The translations under genes and the position numbers were made by a program. Under the pieces are notes generated by a model. That model was not told the origin of the DNA. It was given only the letters and a program-made list of their open reading frames with translations, and searched no databases. This document shows, piece after piece, positions 47,901 to 60,378 of a stretch of DNA of 64,000 bases. Every line of letters begins with the position of its first letter. The first letter of the stretch is position 1. Origin of the DNA: Lytechinus pictus (Eukaryota); NCBI RefSeq assembly GCF_037042905.1, contig NC_087245.1:34970001-35034000 (forward strand). Reading direction: 5' to 3'.

Positions 47901-50900
47901 GGAAGATGGTAAAGAAAGTTTAAGACGATTGAATAATGATGTCATGGAATCTTTCAAGCAAGACAAGGTGAACAAGTCATTAGGTAAGAGTTGTAGTGTT
48001 GAAATGAACTGCAAAGTACAGTGTGGGTAATCTGATAATCATTGACAAGAAATGAATTAAAAAACTTTGGAAGTCAAGCCAAGCTACGGAAACCTTATCT
48101 AATTAGCTATCAAACATTTTGAAGCTTATTGTGATCAATCTTTCTTGTGTTAGTTGTGAAAAAGATGTTCACAGTTTGACAAAAACGTGGTCTTCTCATG
48201 AAACGTAGAGAATCATTGCGGCAAGTCTATAATCAAACTATCAGCTAGCAATTATTGAATAGATCATGTGTAAAATAAGCATAAAAATTGTTCTTCCCAC
48301 AAAGAGTACACCCTTATAATAAGATTTGGGCTTACCATTAACAAGTAGCAATACCCTTTTTAACTTGGCTTACAGAGATCTTGGACCAAAACTGATAAAT
48401 AATACTCTGGGTAATACATTTTGACATAATCACCAAAAGTAGGCAATTTTCAGTATTTTGTTGCTGTTGATAGAACATTTTCAGGGATAGGTCTATGAAT
48501 TATGTTGAAGTAATCGGAATTCAGTAATACACCACAGTACAATTTCATCGCAAAGCAAGAGTCAATGTAGCAGATACGAGCCTGGTTTAATGGAAATAAT
48601 ATGGGATGAAGGCCCTCACACAGTATCAATCCAAACATAGATGACTACAGTACGTCATAGGCTTTGTTGAACTCTGTGGCTCAAACCCACGATCAACTCT
48701 TGCTTCTAACAGTGCTTTCTGTGTGGTCATTCTGCTCAAGGTGTCAGTGGCTTGATTTGTTAGTGACTTGTTGATTTGTTACTAGTGCTAACAACCCTTC
48801 CACTAACAGCATGTCTGTGCGGTCGTTACAGGTGGGTATTCCTTTTAGTAATCACCACCCCATTTCTTTTTTTCTTGTATAGAGTTCTCTGTGGCTCCAG
48901 AAAGAGATTCCGAATCCGATCTTAGCAATATCAATGGTTCCTTTGTTGCTGTACCCACGCCAGTGGAGTTTGATGATGCCACCACAAGCCAGACAGAGAG
49001 CAATAATATTCTCAGTATCAAGGGAAAAGATGCTCACAAAAAGGTATGCCATTATGTCATGAAATTTCATGTGTATAAAGTGCTGTTTAGCTAGTTGCCT
49101 ATTTGTTTATTACCCCATTTTGGCTCCACTTGTTTCTAGTGCTTTGTGCATTCAGGGAAGTAATCCTGCCGGCTATCCATGCACCTCACCTGGGTCGAGT
49201 GCAGCATGATGTGGATAAATTTCTTGCCGAAAGAAAACAAATCATGCAGAGGATTCTAAACCATGGATCTTATTGTAAGAGGAGTCAGACCGTATCGCCC
49301 CTTCTATTTATTTGTACAGACTTCTTTTATGTCAGATATCCATTCAGATAATAATGATAATGGTAATAATAGTAATGATATTAATGATATTTATAATAAC
49401 AATGACAGGGTGCTACATAACTTTTTTGAAGCACTTGCCCAGTCGGGCAAGTAAATTTTCAAATAGTTGGAAAATACTTGCCCGAATATAGATTTCACTT
49501 GCCCGAAAAAATCCTTCTAAACAAAGTTTTATTGCTTCAACACAAGTTAAAGCCTTATAGTTTTACATACCATACCATTGACGGTTTTAAAAATACATTT
49601 TTCAACATGACTACTGATGTACCTTGTAGTTGTATTTATTTTTTTTTAATGATTTTTATCTTGAACATCATGACAAAATAAATGGTAAATATGCTCTTTA
49701 ATTAATTTCCTAATCTCTTATATTTTCAATATATTTTGGAGGGGACTAGGACACACAATAAAAAAAGAGGAAATCACTGAAAATAACCAGAGACAAAAAA
49801 ATTAAGAGAGGGGGAGAGAATGAAAGAAAAAAAGTAAGAAGAAAGACAGAATGGACGAAGAAATAAAGGAAGGAAGAAAGACAAAAAAAAAGAAATAAAG
49901 AAAGAAAGAGAGAGAGAGAATGGCTGCGGGGATGAGAAAGATGGAAAGATAGAAAGAAATGAAGAAAGAAGGGAAAGGAGGATGGAAATAAAAAAGAAAG
50001 AAAGAAAAAAAATGAGAGGAAGAGAAAGGAAGGAAAGAAAGGAATGAATAAAAGGAAAACAAGAAAGAAAAAAGGTAAACAGAAAGGAAGGAAAAGGGAA
50101 AGAAAGAAGACGAGAGAAAGGAAAGAAGGAAGAAATGAAGAAAGAAAAGGTATACGGATAGATGGAAGGAAGGAAAAAAACGAAAAGAAAGATACAACGA
50201 AAGACAGAAAGAAATGAAGGAAGGAATGAAGGAAATAGATGAATTAGGAAGGCAGAAAGAAAAAATAAGGAAGAAAAGAAAGGATGGATGGAAAAAAGAA
50301 AGATCAAAAGAACGAAAAAGAAAGGAATGAAGGAAAGAAAAAATGAAAGGGATGAAGTAAGGAAGAAAAAAAGACAGGAAGATAAGGTAAAGAATGGATG
50401 GGCGGAAGGAAGACAGTAAGAAAGAATGAAAGGAAGGGGAAAAAGAAGAAAGGATTAAAGAACGAGGTAAACAAAGGTTGGATGGAAGGAAGAAAGAAAA
50501 AAGATAGAAAGAAAAGAATGACAAAAAGAAAGACAGCTATTGTAACAGAAAAAATGAAAAGAAGGACATTTAAAGAAATAAAGAGAGATTCAAAAGAAGG
50601 AAAGATAGGCAGAAAGAAAGAAAATAGAGAGGAAGAAAGCTCAAACTATCCACTCAGAAATAAAGAAGAAAATTTATCAATTTCCTTAATTGGCTAAAAA
50701 AAATAGTTACGAAAGAAACCAGGTTTATCAACATACACACAAATGCATATGTGGGACTGTCAAACAATGTATTTCAGTGTGTGCGATACAGACGATCATT
50801 CGAAACCCGATCTTTTTGAAGCATCACAGAAGTGAAAATTTCTCCTTTTACTGCTTACAAATGACAGAGCTACCCCAATTTTTAGGAAATATGGACATTA

Positions 50901-53900
50901 CAAGAATTTTCATTGGTAAGAAATGTGAATTTTGACAGTTCTGTGGGAGATTTCTTCCAGAGCAAACTTCGCTCGTGCAGCACCGTACTCCTTAGAAACT
51001 TAACTACATGCATGGCTGCGTGGACTAGGCGCTAGCTAGCTGGGTATGCTAGACTGCCATTGATTCTGTGTGTGTGTGTGTACGTCTCTGAGCTGTGTGT
51101 TTATTGCAGAAAATGGCGCAAATTTTGCAATTCAAATTATAAACTTTTTTGAAAGAAGAAATTAATGATATTGCTTTTTATTGTCTCTTTTTCTTTTCTA
51201 TATTTTGATGGTGAAATATGGGGAATCTTTCTAAAATATAATTTCCATAGGAGAATTTTGCTTGCCCGATTCGGGCAAGCAGTTTTTGTCTTTGCTTCAA
51301 AACACTTGCCCGACTCTAACTTTTACTTGCCCCGGGCAATCGGGCAAGCGCTTATGTCGCACCCTGCAATGATAATGATGATGATAATGATAATATATAG
51401 TCATTATAATAATTATAATATCAATAGCAACAACAACAATAATAACTATGAAAATGGTAATAATAACAACGCCATTTTTACCCAGGGTAGCCACTTCACT
51501 TGTTAAAGACTTTTCTTCCAGCTGGCCCTGCTTAACATGATAATGTTATAATACCCCAGCTTTAGTGGGCTCCCTAGGTGCTTAAGAATTATTAAAGGAA
51601 TTTCTTCCTACTTCCCCATTTACTTCACCAGGGGTGAGAGTGGCAAATATAGATAAGTGCCTTGGCAATGGATGCAGATGCTGCTGTGGGATTCGAACCC
51701 CGTACCTTGTGGTTCATAGCCTGGAGACTTATCTACCCGGGGATAACACCTCCTACAGATCGATCAGATACTCGGCCATGACCTTGTACATAGCATAGCT
51801 TTCTAATTGACAGCCATCAAATCATCATGTCTGCACAGAACTCTAATGTTTGGGCATTGAAGGAGATGCTGCATGGTTTGAGCTTCTTGACTGGAACAAT
51901 GTTGTTATTGTCTGTATATTCCCATACTATAAGACCGAATGAGCCCAACTTTCTGTCATTATAGCTTATAAGCCAAATATAACATTCTTGTTGCATGGCA
52001 GAAAAGTTAACAAGTCTCTGAACACTCAAGATATCAAACTTTGAAAACTCACAATTTTTCACCTACATGTAAATATAAAATCTCTTAACGTTATTTAACT
52101 TGGATATTTTGTGTTAAGATATATTATTTTGTTCTTGTAGAATCGTGAAGTCAAGACAGGTCCAGTAAGGCACAATGACCCGTATCCTATCTTTGAACAT
52201 CTTCAACTCAGCTATGAGGAGGTGAGCATGTATTCTGAATTCTCTTGTTGCAGCTAAGATCACCTCTTTTATTAACAATCTCCCTCAAAGTTTGTCAACA
52301 TTTTGAGCCAATGTCACAAAGGAGAATGGGTTTAACCTAATAGCCATGGTGTAGTGGTTCTGACTCTCACCTTGTAAACAGAGGGTTGTGTGTTCAAATC
52401 CCACCGTGGTCTGACGTCCTTTGGCAAGGTGTTAATCCATATTTTGCCACTATGGACCTAGGTGCGAAATGGGTTACCCTGTAGAATGTGAAAGTCATTG
52501 TAGAATGTCCAGTACCTCAACTGACTGGAATACTCCCCAGGGAGTGGAGGATGTGCATACATCATGTGCGGGAATGACTGATTGAATCAAATGACCGGGG
52601 TAGTAATATATCTGTAAAGCACTTAGACACGTCGTTCCGATGTATTAAGCGCTATGTAAAAGCGGATTATTATTATTATTATTAAGCGAGAAGATCTAAA
52701 GATTAGAGATCTGGTCAACAGTAAATTTGTTTAAGAAGTAACCTTTATTGTTTTTAAGAAAGCAAGAACAAAAAATCATATGCACTTTTACCATTGACAT
52801 CTCATGTTAGATTCCTCCAGGCTAAAAATAATATGATTTGAACAGATACAGAAAAATCAGACTAACAAACCTCTGAAAATTTGATCAATATCTGACAAGG
52901 AATAACAAAGTTATGGCATCTTTATGATTAATGCATTATTCCAGTGAAACGGTTCTAGGCATGTCTTCATGAATATTCATTGAGCAAATTGATGATGTCA
53001 TGTCCCAACTTGTTCTTTTGTATTTTGTTTAATGAAAGTAGGTTTATTCAAAATTTTTCCTTCAAGAAATTAAAAAAATTGGATTGACAACTGATTAAGT
53101 GCATTAGACATTCATTGTTGCATTATAAGGGAGACATATCATTCACATATGTATAAAAAAAATTATGATTTCATATAATAACATAAGAAAAAGGAAAGTG
53201 GGGATGTGACATCATCAGCCCACCTAATGAAAAATTATGATGTGCCTATAACTTTGTTCACAATATTTTGCTAAAATTCAAAATTCAATAACTGCTATTT
53301 GTTATCAGATTTTGATGAATTTTCAGCATTTTGCTCTGTGAATTTTACTCTATTTATTAATAACCATGTTCCTCATCTGCTCATCACCATCTTCCTCTTT
53401 CATATCTACTTTTTTGTTGCATTATAACTATAATTTTTACAGTAATAATAATTCATCTTTTTACATCTTTTTTTTTATTCTTTTATATTATTTATAGGCC
53501 TTCTTCTTGTCATATGGACTTGGATGTTTGAATCTGAAAAACACTAATAAGGTAAAGATCATTTTTCATGAAACCATTCCCAAAGTTCTTTTACATTTAT
53601 TCAAGTGAATTCTGAAATATTCAGCGTAATTTATATCTGAAGCTTCTAACAACCTTGAATTATGTGGGCAGTCTTTAGACCAAGCAATCAATCATTTGTA
53701 AATGCATGAAAAAATGTACCTGTTTTGTAAAGCATCAAATATGTGAAACAGCTATGAGACTGGAGAGATGTCTGTCCTTGTAAGCAAAATTCTAGTTGCA
53801 GGTATGAACAAAGGAATCTTACAAGAAGATGATTTACATCAATTATCGGGGCGATTCCATGCTAGAAAAATCAGCCATTTTCGCAACATTTTCCAACCTA

Positions 53901-56900
53901 CTGTCCTAACAAATGAGGAACTTCAATATGTTTTGTACGGTAGTAATAATAAAGTACTACTTGGTAGTCATATAAAAAAATGACAACCAACCAAAATATG
54001 TTGTCCATTGGTGAAGGAGAGGTGAAAATGTTGCGTGTCGTTCGGGACATTTCTGAGTCCCGAACGACACACAACATTTTCACCTTTAATGCACTTATAA
54101 TCAAACAAATTTTTTGATAATCAGTTTTTCACATGAATATCCACTATAACTTTATTATGGACCAAAACTTAATTTCTACTGCTCAAGCAATCCACTAAGA
54201 GACCAAAAATAAAAAGAGAAATAAAATAGAAATGGAAGCAGCAATGGAGTCTTCCTAAATGTACATGGGTATTATGTTCATCAATTTTCATTTTTGTGAC
54301 TGTTTCATATTCAAGGAACAAATGGACCTAACCGAGATGTGGAGAACGTTCCGTCGCCACCAGCCAAGCTTTGTGGCTAACTATATCGTTTATCACTTCT
54401 TCAGAAGCAAGGGATGGGTGCCTAAGACGGGGCTCAAGTTTGGAGCAGATTTCAGTGAGTACATAATATACCTTACAAATTAGGACTGTTAGATGGGGTG
54501 ATGATATTCAAAATATTGTGCCATTTAATTTCAATGAATGGGAAATCTTGAGCCCATCTTACTAAGATTTGATTTTGCAACTATAGAAATCCAGTGACTT
54601 CAATATTGAGAAAGTTTGAATCCATTGAAAGTATTTTCTAAAGATGGTGTACACTACTCTTAAGGCCACCGCACAGCTTACGACTGTTCGCGATCCGATT
54701 TCGGAACAAATCGCATTTTGCTTGTTTTCTGAAAATGTGAATGGAACATATCATTTTATTTGAGGTTAAAATTGATTGAAAGAATACTAATATAACCGTT
54801 TTGAAAGATTGCAAGCCTTTATTTTGGAGTTAAGGCCAAATTCGTACGACTGCTATGACGTCATTACGACTAGATATTAAATTTGCTTTTATTCTAAGAA
54901 GGATGATAGCATAGTCACAGATTTGAACATAGGTATTGGTACGATAATTTCGAACATATCTTCCATATATTCCATATCTTCCATATATTCCATATCTTCA
55001 CAATAACATTGTCTTTTTTTTCAGTCCTGTACAAGAAGGGTCCACCTTTCTACCATGCGAGTTACTGTGTATATGTCTTTATGGTCAATGAGGAGGATAT
55101 TGATCAGCATGGTGTCCATAAGATAAACTGGTCTTCCCTGATGGGTAGGGACCGTGTCATCGAAAATGCTGCAAAGGTCAGTCATACTAATAATAATAAT
55201 ACCAACATGCTTATATTGCGCATATCACTGCCAAATGCGTCCCTACGCGCTTAATTGGATATTATAACCCTGGCTTTAGCCCCGCAGCCTTTTACAGCGC
55301 GGTGGAATTTCAAGGAATAAATTCATGCCAGGTACCCATTTACCTCACCTGCCATGTGCAGCACAATGTGGATAAATTTCTTGCTGAAGGAAATCACGCC
55401 ATGGCTGGGATTCGAACCCACGACCCTCTGTTTCAAAGTCCGAAGACTAATCCACTGGGCAACAACGCTCCACACTAAGCTAGCTGCAGTAATTACGTGC
55501 AGGAAAATGCTGCAGATTACAATAAATTCTGTCTTAGGTCAAGTTCAGCCTATAACAATAAGTTGATTTAAATGAAAAGAAATTTACCAAACGAGCCTAT
55601 CACTGGAACGTTTATCAAAATCAGATGTAAAATAAGACAATTATATAATTTCAAAGCTCTGTTTGTTTTCATAACATAATTTTCATAACATGATAATATA
55701 CATTGTGTACAGGCATGCCAGGATCCGGTGACCGGGGAAATAATATGTACAGCGCTTAGAGACACAATGTGATAAAGCGTTACATAAATGTAACTGCTAT
55801 TTTTGTTTTATGCCCCGTATGAGTAATATGCAAATGAGAGAGAGCCAATAATGTCACCCGGTCACCATTTCTTTAATATTTTACTAAATGAAATGTAGAT
55901 TAATTCTGTTTTTGGAGAATGAACAATATGGAAGCACTTTCATTGAATCACAATATGTGTTTTATAACAACAGCAATTCTACATATTCACAGAGAAATGA
56001 ATCATGTTTCATGCTGTAATGAAAAAAAAATATATAGAAATATTTCATTTCATACAATGACATACCAACAATATAGTGAGTGGGGAGGTTATTAATTCCA
56101 TCTTTTGCATATGGCTTGTTGTGCATATAACTGTAAAATAATGATAATAATAATATAGGTATATATACCCAAGGAAGCCATTTCAGTTCTGAAAACTGTT
56201 CTCCCAGCGAGCCCTGCTATTATTATTATTATCAAAAATGAAGTAAAGTTTGAAATTGTCATCCATTTTTCAATAGTCCCTCTTGCTGCAGATGACATAC
56301 ATTCTCTTTTTGTGTTAATTTTCTTTGATATTTACCTGAGAAGATTTTGATCTTGGTCGCTTCCTGTCTGTGCCACACATCCACCACGCAATGGACACTA
56401 GTCGTACATGTTTCCACATAATAATAATACATAACATTTATAAGGCGCTTACTACTGGACAGGTGTTTCTAAGCGCACTGTGTTTTGTTTATGGTTTGAA
56501 CTTGGGATTAAAAGAAAAGAAAGAAAAAAAAATGTGGCAGGGGAAAATGTCACAGCTAATACAACTAAACTAATAATTAAAAATCAAAACTGGTGTGCAC
56601 CTCCAATTGACCAACCCACAACTGTGAATCATCTATCTAACAGGTAGGTTTTGAGTAGGGTTTTGAACTGATTCACAGACTTGGCATTATGAATGTAAGA
56701 TGGTAGCTTATTCCAAAGGGAAGGGGCAATTGTGGAAATGAAGTCATTGTTGGTCTTTGAATTAATCATGCCATTTTGACTTACTTTTGTTTGTATCTTT
56801 AAAGTTACATGAATTAAATTGAATTGTGTGATTTTGTTTGACCATGACAGGAGCTGATGTTCTGCTTCGTGATCAAGCCCAGCAAGTTGCGTCAAAAGGA

Positions 56901-57012
56901 CCTGGAATCCCCTGCATGCATCCCACAATTCAAGGTTCAGGAGATGCTGATGAAAAGATGGGTTCCTTCTCGTGGAAGACAACAAAATCAGATGGATGAA
57001 GAAGTAACTTAG
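41762..57012 (+). CDS. TSEN2: tRNA-splicing endonuclease subunit Sen2, spliced gene, ~847 aa
   Basis: Coding exons 41762-41959, 43623-43710, 44776-44833, 46533-47983, 48883-49043, 52141-52221, 53498-53551, 54316-54454, 55025-55176, 56851-57012 (2544 nt, GT-AG, phases consistent). Sen2 signatures GFFGKGILSRSKP, EHLQLSYEEAFFL, YHFFRSKGWVPKTGLKFGADF, LYKKGPPFYHASY, KELMFC..RWVPSR. Catalytic Tyr/His/Lys positions are present. Confidence 0.95.
42335..43479 (+). mobile_element. Helentron-associated (HINE/DINE-like) element with a ~163-bp internal tandem array (5+ units)
   Basis: 5' subTIR TGTCTCGCCTGCA, (GGC)n, tandem units starting near 42435, 42598, 42761, 42925, 43088 and 43249, 3' subTIR TGCAGGCGAGAC plus a short hairpin, T-rich target. 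Truncated copies at 14248-14400 and 45535-45635. Confidence 0.75.
43623..43710 (+). CDS. TSEN2: TSEN2 coding exon 2
   Basis: tgcag| GFFGKGILSRSKPEH... |gtaagt. Confidence 0.95.
43775..44030 (-). mobile_element. tRNA-derived SINE
   Basis: Same family; GGGATTCGAACCC B box, (TAA)n tail. Confidence 0.85.
44776..44833 (+). CDS. TSEN2: TSEN2 coding exon 3
   Basis: tatag| PPKERRFQQQRFQQVRQH |gtaagt; needed for the phase 1 to 2 bridge. Confidence 0.8.
45770..46095 (-). mobile_element. Decayed L2-like LINE 3' fragment
   Basis: Minus-strand remnants KILLLVY..GSAPNY..YQP..LRSS..AFAH..LFNSL. Confidence 0.55.
46533..47983 (+). CDS. TSEN2: TSEN2 coding exon 4 (1451 nt, acidic/Ser-rich insertion)
   Basis: ttttccag| YERHLSWQ... 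continuous frame (ORF 46570-48030) to TTAG|gtaaga. Confidence 0.85.
48883..49043 (+). CDS. TSEN2: TSEN2 coding exon 5
   Basis: gtatag| FSVAPERDSESD...KDAHKK |gtatgc. Confidence 0.82.
49406..51366. mobile_element. hAT-like non-autonomous element enclosing a purine-rich tract
   Basis: Termini CAGGGTGCTACATAA / TTATGTCGCACCCTG, multiple subterminal CTTGCCCG / CGGGCAAG motifs at both ends, CAATGA on both flanks. Confidence 0.7.
49780..50670. repeat. Polypurine (GA-rich) tract
   Basis: Direct reading. Confidence 0.92.
51470..51752 (-). mobile_element. Diverged tRNA-derived SINE
   Basis: GGGATTCGAACCC at ~51688 with a SINE-like body. Confidence 0.6.
52141..52221 (+). CDS. TSEN2: TSEN2 coding exon 6
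   Basis: ttgtag| ...RHNDPYPIFEHLQLSYEE |gtgagc. Confidence 0.94.
52341..52684 (+). mobile_element. tRNA-derived SINE (second subfamily)
   Basis: TGGTGTAGTGG A box, GTTCAAATCCC B box, (ATT)n tail. Confidence 0.8.
53498..53551 (+). CDS. TSEN2: TSEN2 coding exon 7
   Basis: ttatag| AFFLSYGLGCLNLKNTNK |gtaaag. Confidence 0.94.
54316..54454 (+). CDS. TSEN2: TSEN2 coding exon 8
   Basis: EQMDLTEMWRTF...YHFFRSKGWVPKTGLKFGADF |gtgagt. Confidence 0.95.
55025..55176 (+). CDS. TSEN2: TSEN2 coding exon 9 (catalytic Y/H/K)
   Basis: tttcag| LYKKGPPFYHASY...RVIENAAK |gtcagt. Confidence 0.96.
55188..55471 (-). mobile_element. tRNA-derived SINE
   Basis: Reverse complement of the 60088 family head and body. 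Confidence 0.85.
56630..56735 (-). mobile_element. L2-like LINE C-terminal remnant
   Basis: APSLWNKLPSYIHNAKSVNQFKTLLKTYL is a typical L2 ORF2 end. Confidence 0.75.
56851..57012 (+). CDS. TSEN2: TSEN2 last coding exon
   Basis: gacag| ELMFCFVIKPS...KVQEMLMKRWVPSRGR...EEVT TAG. Confidence 0.95.
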   Translation, partial: ELMFCFVIKPSKLRQKDLESPACIPQFKVQEMLMKRWVPSRGRQQNQMDEEVT

Positions 57013-57942
57013 CAATCCTTGTACATGTCAGAAGAGTAAAATGCAGGGAAGGGTCAAGTTAAATGCTAGTAAATCACATTGACCTGTAATTTCAAGAGAA
57101 TGGTTTCAAAATCATGAATAATAATTGTTCCCACACCATAATAGATACAGGTCTGGTAAGTTCTAATGTAGTTTATTTGAACTAAACGCTGTGAAAGAAT
57201 TAAATCGGAGAACACTGACTAAGTAAAAGTGAACAGATTACCGGTAGCACATGTAGGCATGTGTATTATAATAACCAGGTAAAAACAAATTTCTTCTTTA
57301 ATTAAAAAGTGTGTTATAATTTGAAGTTCAAATTCTTTAGGATAATAATGATTTGCCGTATGTGATTTTGAAAACCCACATTCTTTTTTGTTTTGTATGT
57401 GATATCTGTTTTAAAAGTTGTCTCCTTGTTATGTGTTTTCATTTGATAAGGAAATAAGACGAACTTCAGATTGTTCATGTAGATCACTATGGATCAAATG
57501 AAGATCGATTGATTGAACATTGTTTTCATTTCAGGGCAAGTCCAAGGGAATGTCCCCTCAGATGTCAAAAAATCATCTTGACTTAATACAATTGCTATGA
57601 CACTGTAGCCAAAGAGTTAAATAATTTATTTCCAAAAAAACAATATCTAAATTCTGCAAATTGCGCAAAAATTTGTGCTCTCATTTAATTATAACAGCAC
57701 ACTTTGTATGGGACATTAATCTGAAAATATTCATCTAAAATCAGTTGAATTTATTTTTGATCTAGTTCTTTTATGAATGAGGACCCTCAATTGTCTGGTT
57801 TAATTTGCAATTGGTAAGAAAGGATCAGCTCATTAATTATGCATATTTATGTGATTTTCTGGAACCACGTGTCCCCATAGGTAAGGATTTGAGTATGTAC
57901 ATTTTTTAGCTTTTTCTTAATCTTTAAATATCAAACATTGAC

Positions 57943-58590
57943 ATACCCCCCCCCCCTCCACAAAGTTTGAAGGGGGTATGTAGGAATCAGCATACGGTCC
58001 AGCAGGTGGCAATCAGTCGGACCATTGTATTTGCACTTCAAACTACCTCCTCAATTTTTAACAAATTGTCATGAAATTTGGAACTCACATTAGTCTTTAG
58101 GTAAAGATGTACAAGACACATTTCTGTGTGTGTCAGAAATCGTGTTGCCAAAAACATATAGCAAAAATTGGGTAAAAATATTGTGGTTCAAACTACTTCA
58201 TCAGTTTTCAACCAATTCCATTAAAATTTCGTTTACAGATTGGATTTGAGGTAAAAATGTGCAAGACACATTTTTTGTGTATGTCGAAAATCATGTTGCC
58301 ATGGTTACAACATATATCATGAAATTGGGTTAAAGTCTTGTAGTTCAAACTACTTGATCAGTTTTCAACCAATTCTAATGAAATTTGGCTTACACATTGG
58401 ATTTTAGGTAAATATGTGCAAAGCACATTTCTGTGTGTGTGTCAGAAATCATGTTGCCATGGTAACAGCATATATACCAAAAATAAGATTTAAAAAATCT
58501 TGCAACTCGAACTACATCCTCAACTTTTAATGAATTCTCATGAAATTTGGCTTACACATTGGATTTGAAGTAAAGCTACACAAGCTACAT
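57943..58590 (+). mobile_element. Second HINE-like family with ~150-160-bp tandem units
   Basis: Units beginning TC(A/G)AACTAC at ~58038, 58188, 58345, 58507. A related copy lies at ~3080-3432. Confidence 0.65.
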
Positions 58591-60087
58591 GTAGTAACCT
58601 TGACTTCTAATGCTCCACCTCCCCCCCCCCCCCCCCCCCGAGTGACAAGAATCAAAATACCCCTGGAGGCCGGGACTATTAAATTTTAACCATGTCTTAC
58701 CCTAATTCACCCCTTGCGTGTAACTGGTACCATAACATTATCCTCTCTCCCATGAAGTCACTGCTGAAATCCTTAAGATAAAGTTAAAATGCTACACTAA
58801 AATTACTATTCCTGCCCTCTCATGCATCAAATTCCAATGAATACCTCATAGTATTTGCTCAAGTTACTGAACATGTTCATAATTGATCATTACTATATCA
58901 CAACACCTTTGACTGTGCAAGTTCTAAAGGACTCTCCTCTAAAAAAACTGGGAAAAAATTGAAGGCTTATTTCTACCCAGCCTAATTTCTGTACCCTTCA
59001 TATAAGTGGGCAGTGCTCACACGAGCATGTTTAGTTTTCCATCATTTTGGTGTCATTTGAAAGTTGAGATTACTTTCTAAAGCCCTTTTCCCCAAAGTGA
59101 TATTTTTTTGGTAGCCATTTCTAAATTGTATAGTTTTTTTGAGATGCACTGTATAATAACACAGCTAAATCCAAATGCTCTGAATATTTTTCAGAGGTTG
59201 AAATTCTTAAGGTGCAGGATATCTTGGGCTTGCCCTTCTTTATTGTCTTTCTATAACTTCTCATCCAGTCTGAACTGTATATGTCACAATTTCATATTTC
59301 TATTCTTAACAAAATGTTATACATATGTATGTGTGTGTGTATGTATGCATGTCTGTATGTTTATAAATCATGCATTGTACATAATCTGATATATTTTTCC
59401 TCATTGTATAGAGATTATATTACAAATGCCAATTTATTCTCTGACACGAACGAGCAGTTGAAAAGAAATTATTATATTTTCGTAATGTTTGAAATATCAT
59501 GTACAGTCCACTAATACATGCATATTTTAATTATAGAATCTATACAGAATGGTTTGCTGAAAATTTGCTTGTCAACTGGTTTTTCCATCAGTTTGGTCAG
59601 TTAACGGGGAAACCATGTAAAGTGAATATTGCTTTCAGATGTGCAGTTCTTAAGTTTATAGATCGAGTGATTGATTGGTATTTTAAAAGTATTGGTTATT
59701 CTTGTAATTCACCGTTTCATTACTCTATGGTTTGTAGTTAAGCATATTTCATCTAATTGCTAATTTTGAGTACCGGTAGTGGTAGTTTTTGTTCATTGAT
59801 GTTCTAGTTTCATTTTATATAATCTTGCCATTGTAATTGTCGCTTTATTACTGTATCACGTGTGTGAAGTCTCATTTGTAGTCCAAGTGACGCTAAAGAT
59901 ATTTGGCCATGGATGCATGAAATCATGTTTGTTATCTTTTTTTTTCATTGACACCTATCATCATCTAGGGTTAGAAGACAATTATTTTACTCTTTCATTG
60001 TAACTACTCTCAATGTATTGTGCTTTATATCTTTATTGAAAAAGGCACTATAGAAATTTTATTAGTAGTATTGTTATTATTTTATGT

Positions 60088-60378
60088 GGAGCGTTGTGGC
60101 CCAGTGGATTAGTCTCCGGACTTTGAAACAGAGGGTCGTGGGTTCAAATCCCAGCCATGGCGTAGTTTCCTTCAGCAGGATTTTTATCCACATTGTGCTG
60201 CACTCAACCCAGGTGAAGTGAATGGGTACCTGGCAGGAATTTATTCCTTGAAATGCCGAGTGCTGGAAAGACTGCTTGAGCTACAGCCAGGGTAATAATA
60301 TCCAAGTCCTTTGGAAGCGCATAGAGACGATATTCATAATGTGTTATGCGCTATACAAGAACTGACTATTATTATTAT
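60088..60378 (+). mobile_element. tRNA-derived SINE, full length
   Basis: A box TGGCCCAGTGG, B box GGTTCAAATCC, central CACTCAACCCAGGTG..AATGGGTACC, LINE-like tail and (ATT)n. Confidence 0.85.

Noticed and set aside
46570..48030. Stand-alone 486-aa intronless gene
   Set aside because: Starts at TTG and is bounded by splice sites in phase with flanking TSEN2 exons, so it is better explained as an internal exon.
49774..50697. Phe/Ser-rich and Lys/Arg-rich ORFs
   Set aside because: Artefacts of the GA-rich tract.
60088..60165. tRNA-Gln-like gene (also the heads at 55400-55471, 43960-44030 and 52341-52410)
   Set aside because: No proper acceptor stem, and each continues into a SINE body and tail. 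Their presence in a tRNA-splicing gene is coincidental.
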